Virus record (IMG/VR): IMGVR_UViG_3300028198_000001
Span: 1 to 61,891 of that record
Length of the DNA: 61,891 bases
Direction: 5' to 3' (one strand)
Source: a virus
Taxonomy: Duplodnaviria > Caudoviricetes
Shown here: positions 59,385 to 61,891 of the stretch, piece by piece
How positions within the stretch are numbered: position 1 is the stretch's first letter
Layout: each line of letters opens with the position of its first letter
Made by a program: the position numbers and the translations under genes
The notes under the pieces: model-generated
Database searches by the model: none
Seen by the model: only the letters and a program-made list of their open reading frames with translations
Told to the model about the DNA's origin: nothing

Positions 59385-60677
59385 TTAATCATTACAACCT
59401 GTGGCGCCTTTTAATCCAGTTACTAAATTTCCTACATTTGTAGCACTACCATCAGAAGCAAATGAATATTTTTGAATGAGTGTTGACCCACCATGATCTC
59501 CCGTACAATAACCATGTGTGGTTGAAGAATTTCCTGCTTGACCAGTTCGTGCGGATGATATAGTTCCTACATTTGTAGCATTTGCATCTGAAGCAAAGGT
59601 CCACTTATCAATCGTATTAATTTTATCTGGTTGAGAGGCTTTTTGCCCACCACAACAATAACCATGTGTTTCTGAATTGGTTCCCGAATTATCGTAACCT
59701 GTTGATGAATTTATGTCACCTACATCCGTACCGTTTGCTTCAGTTGAGAAATTAAATTTATCAATTACATTTGAAAAAGGACTTGCACCACCAGCACAAT
59801 ATCCATGAGTAAGTGAACTAGCACATCGAGTAGACATTCTAGCTACTGACATATCAGCAATATCAGTAGAATTTGTTTGAGATGCAAAGGGATATTTCAT
59901 AACAATATTTACATTTGTAGTCCACGGATGTGTATTTCCCATAGTTGGATAACCATAATCTTCAGCTGTAAAGCTGCCATTGTACGAAAATAGTATGGCT
60001 AAATCAGCCCAATCAGCAGCATTTCCTTGTGAAGCAAAAGCAAATCTATCAATAACATTTGTTGCAATATCAGGTGAACCACCTGTCATTCCACCAGCTC
60101 TATAACCATAAGTCGCTGAATGAGATGAACTAGCGCGATATATACTAGTAGTTAAATCTCCCCAATCTGCACCATTCCCATCTGTAGTAAAACTAAATCG
60201 TTGAATAACATTGCTCGTACTAGGACCTCCCAAAACAAAACCATAATTCTCACCATATGGCGGCGCTGGTAGAGGAATATTACCACTCTGCTCACCTACA
60301 TTTTTCCATACATTTTCACCAGCCGTTGCATCAGTACAAACATAAACTTCTCCTGAAGTTGTATTATGCCATTCAGTTCCAACTCCACCAGAAGGATTTG
60401 TTGAAATCGTTGGGTCACTTGCATTCTTAGTTGCACCTGCAACACCAGTTAAAGCTGCACCACTTACTGCTGGAAGTTTTGCAGTACCATCCAACTTAAC
60501 AATTTTACCAGCTGTTGTACCCGTATCTAATCGAGCAACTGGAATTGTTCCAGTAGAAAAGTTTGCACCAGCTACATTAGTAACTGCACTACCATCAAGT
60601 GCTGGTATTTTTCCGTTGGCATCCAGTATAACTAATCTGTTTGCACCTGTTAATCCATCTATAATTACATCGCCCAT
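59385..60677 (-). CDS. Kelch-like beta-propeller virion protein (paralogue 8)
   Basis: Same architecture. Confidence 0.8.
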   Translation of the reverse strand: MGDVIIDGLTGANRLVILDANGKIPALDGSAVTNVAGANFSTGTIPVARLDTGTTAGKIVKLDGTAKLPAVSGAALTGVAGATKNASDPTISTNPSGGVGTEWHNTTSGEVYVCTDATAGENVWKNVGEQSGNIPLPAPPYGENYGFVLGGPSTSNVIQRFSFTTDGNGADWGDLTTSIYRASSSHSATYGYRAGGMTGGSPDIATNVIDRFAFASQGNAADWADLAILFSYNGSFTAEDYGYPTMGNTHPWTTNVNIVMKYPFASQTNSTDIADMSVARMSTRCASSLTHGYCAGGASPFSNVIDKFNFSTEANGTDVGDINSSTGYDNSGTNSETHGYCCGGQKASQPDKINTIDKWTFASDANATNVGTISSARTGQAGNSSTTHGYCTGDHGGSTLIQKYSFASDGSATNVGNLVTGLKGATGCND

Positions 60678-60733
60678 ATTTTTTCCTTGTTAATATGTAT
60701 ACTGTCATTTTGAGTTAATGCCATTTGTTTTCC

Positions 60734-61891
60734 TTATACTTGTTGTCCACAAGGTGTTCTTTGTGTCGTAGGAAGATCACCTACATCTGTAGCGTTTCCC
60801 TCTGAAGCATAACTCATCTTATCAATTATATTTCTATCCGAACCTGTCCAACCAGAAGTCCAATATCCATATGAAGTAGAGCTTGATGGGGAACAAGCCG
60901 CTCTGGCAACCGTCATTAAACTACCAAGAGAAGTTGCATTTCCAGAACTCGCCAAGGCATATTTTTGAACAACCCCTGTATTAACAAGTTGGTCAGTATA
61001 CGCATGAGTTGTTGAATTATTGGTCTGAAAAGAACCACCAGTATGAAGATCACCTACATCAACAGCATTACCATCAGAAGCAAACGCAAATCTATCAATT
61101 ACATTGTTGTACGGAGTGGCATCTGATCCAATTTCATAACCATAGTCTGAACCAGAGGCGTTACCCGATCCGTTCCTGTTTACACTTAAATTCCCAACTT
61201 CAGTAGCATTTGCTAGAGTTGCATATAACCATTTTTGAATCCCAGATGTATTATTACCTGCAATATAACCATGAGTAATTGACCCCGCTCCACCAGTGTT
61301 TGACGTGGCAGTATATAAATCTCCGTGGTCAACAGCATTCCCATCTGAACTAAAACTAAATTTATCAATTATATTTGTTGTGGGGCCTCCACCACCCGCA
61401 GTAAATCCATAAGTTTCTGACGAAGTTCCTGAACAGTTATCTCTGCCTTGTGTTAAAGTCCCAACAGCCGTGGCATTACCATCAGATGTAAAAGACCACT
61501 TGGCTATGTGATTACAATAATGACCATGACCAAAACCACCACTTGTATAACCATAAGTTGTACCTTGCCATGCCCAAGGCGTCACATCACCACTAGTCCC
61601 ACCTGTGCTTGTCCATACATTTTCACCAGCAGTTGCATCTGTTAAAATAAAAATTTCACCTGAAGTTGTGTTAATCCATTTCGTTCCAAGACCCGTTGAA
61701 GGATTTGTTGAAACCGTTGGGTCACTTGCACTCTTTGTGGCACTTGAAACTCCTGTCATAGCACCAGCTGCGATTGCAGGCATAGCACCAGAACCATCCA
61801 GTACTAAAACTTTACCAGTTGTTGTACCAGTATCTATGTTAGCTGTTGCGATTGATCCAGTAGTTACTTGAGTTGCATTAAGTGTAGTTAC
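60734..61891 (-). CDS. Kelch-like beta-propeller virion protein (paralogue 9; 5' end outside the window)
   Basis: Frame is open to the window edge (VTTLNATQVTTGSIATANIDTG...); hinge plus six repeats. Confidence 0.8.
   Translation of the reverse strand, partial: VTTLNATQVTTGSIATANIDTGTTTGKVLVLDGSGAMPAIAAGAMTGVSSATKSASDPTVSTNPSTGLGTKWINTTSGEIFILTDATAGENVWTSTGGTSGDVTPWAWQGTTYGYTSGGFGHGHYCNHIAKWSFTSDGNATAVGTLTQGRDNCSGTSSETYGFTAGGGGPTTNIIDKFSFSSDGNAVDHGDLYTATSNTGGAGSITHGYIAGNNTSGIQKWLYATLANATEVGNLSVNRNGSGNASGSDYGYEIGSDATPYNNVIDRFAFASDGNAVDVGDLHTGGSFQTNNSTTHAYTDQLVNTGVVQKYALASSGNATSLGSLMTVARAACSPSSSTSYGYWTSGWTGSDRNIIDKMSYASEGNATDVGDLPTTQRTPCGQQV

Noticed and set aside
39018-61871. Many 60-125 aa alternative-frame and antisense ORFs in the fibre region
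   Set aside because: By-products of Gly/Ser/Thr/Ala codon bias inside longer genes with recognisable motifs.
43588-61891. Diversity-generating retroelement or shufflon behind the propeller variation
   Set aside because: No reverse transcriptase, no TR/VR pair with adenine-specific mismatches, no recombinase, and all cassettes share one orientation. Elements outside the window cannot be excluded.
1-61891. tRNA/rRNA genes, introns, inteins or a recoded genetic code
   Set aside because: No cloverleaf seen in the short intergenic gaps (by eye only); core genes are uninterrupted, of expected size, and use all three stop codons normally.

Overview
The window is an AT-rich fragment of a large T4-like myovirus genome, resembling marine T4-like phages; no host can be assigned from sequence alone. 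Almost every gene is on the minus strand. From right to left, in the direction of transcription, it holds four blocks. (i) A ~24-kb fibre/adhesin region (38.3-61.9 kb) dominated by nine paralogous six-repeat Kelch-like beta-propeller proteins, two paralogous coiled-coil proteins and several Gly-rich/LamG fibre proteins. (ii) The T4 core virion block gp13-gp14-gp15-gp16-gp17-gp18-gp19-gp20-(core/internal proteins)-gp21-gp22-gp23. (iii) gp3, uvsY, uvsW, dUTPase, gp55, gp47, gp46, hsp20, a peptidase-vWA/MoxR pair, gp45 and gp44, with auxiliary genes: a thioredoxin-like protein, an SNase-like nuclease, a delta-9-type desaturase (the only plus-strand gene), a monofunctional proline dehydrogenase and a 2OG-Fe(II) oxygenase. 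(iv) An SF2 helicase, a putative restriction endonuclease, a two-gene split adenine methyltransferase and a truncated queE that the ORF track missed. The best candidate for an undescribed system is the propeller array. It has an interchangeable anchor-hinge-head design, a 26-bp hinge sequence identical in five copies, stereotyped gene junctions, visible deletion scars and a coiled-coil partner gene after each cluster. All assignments come from motif recognition by eye; no searches were run.
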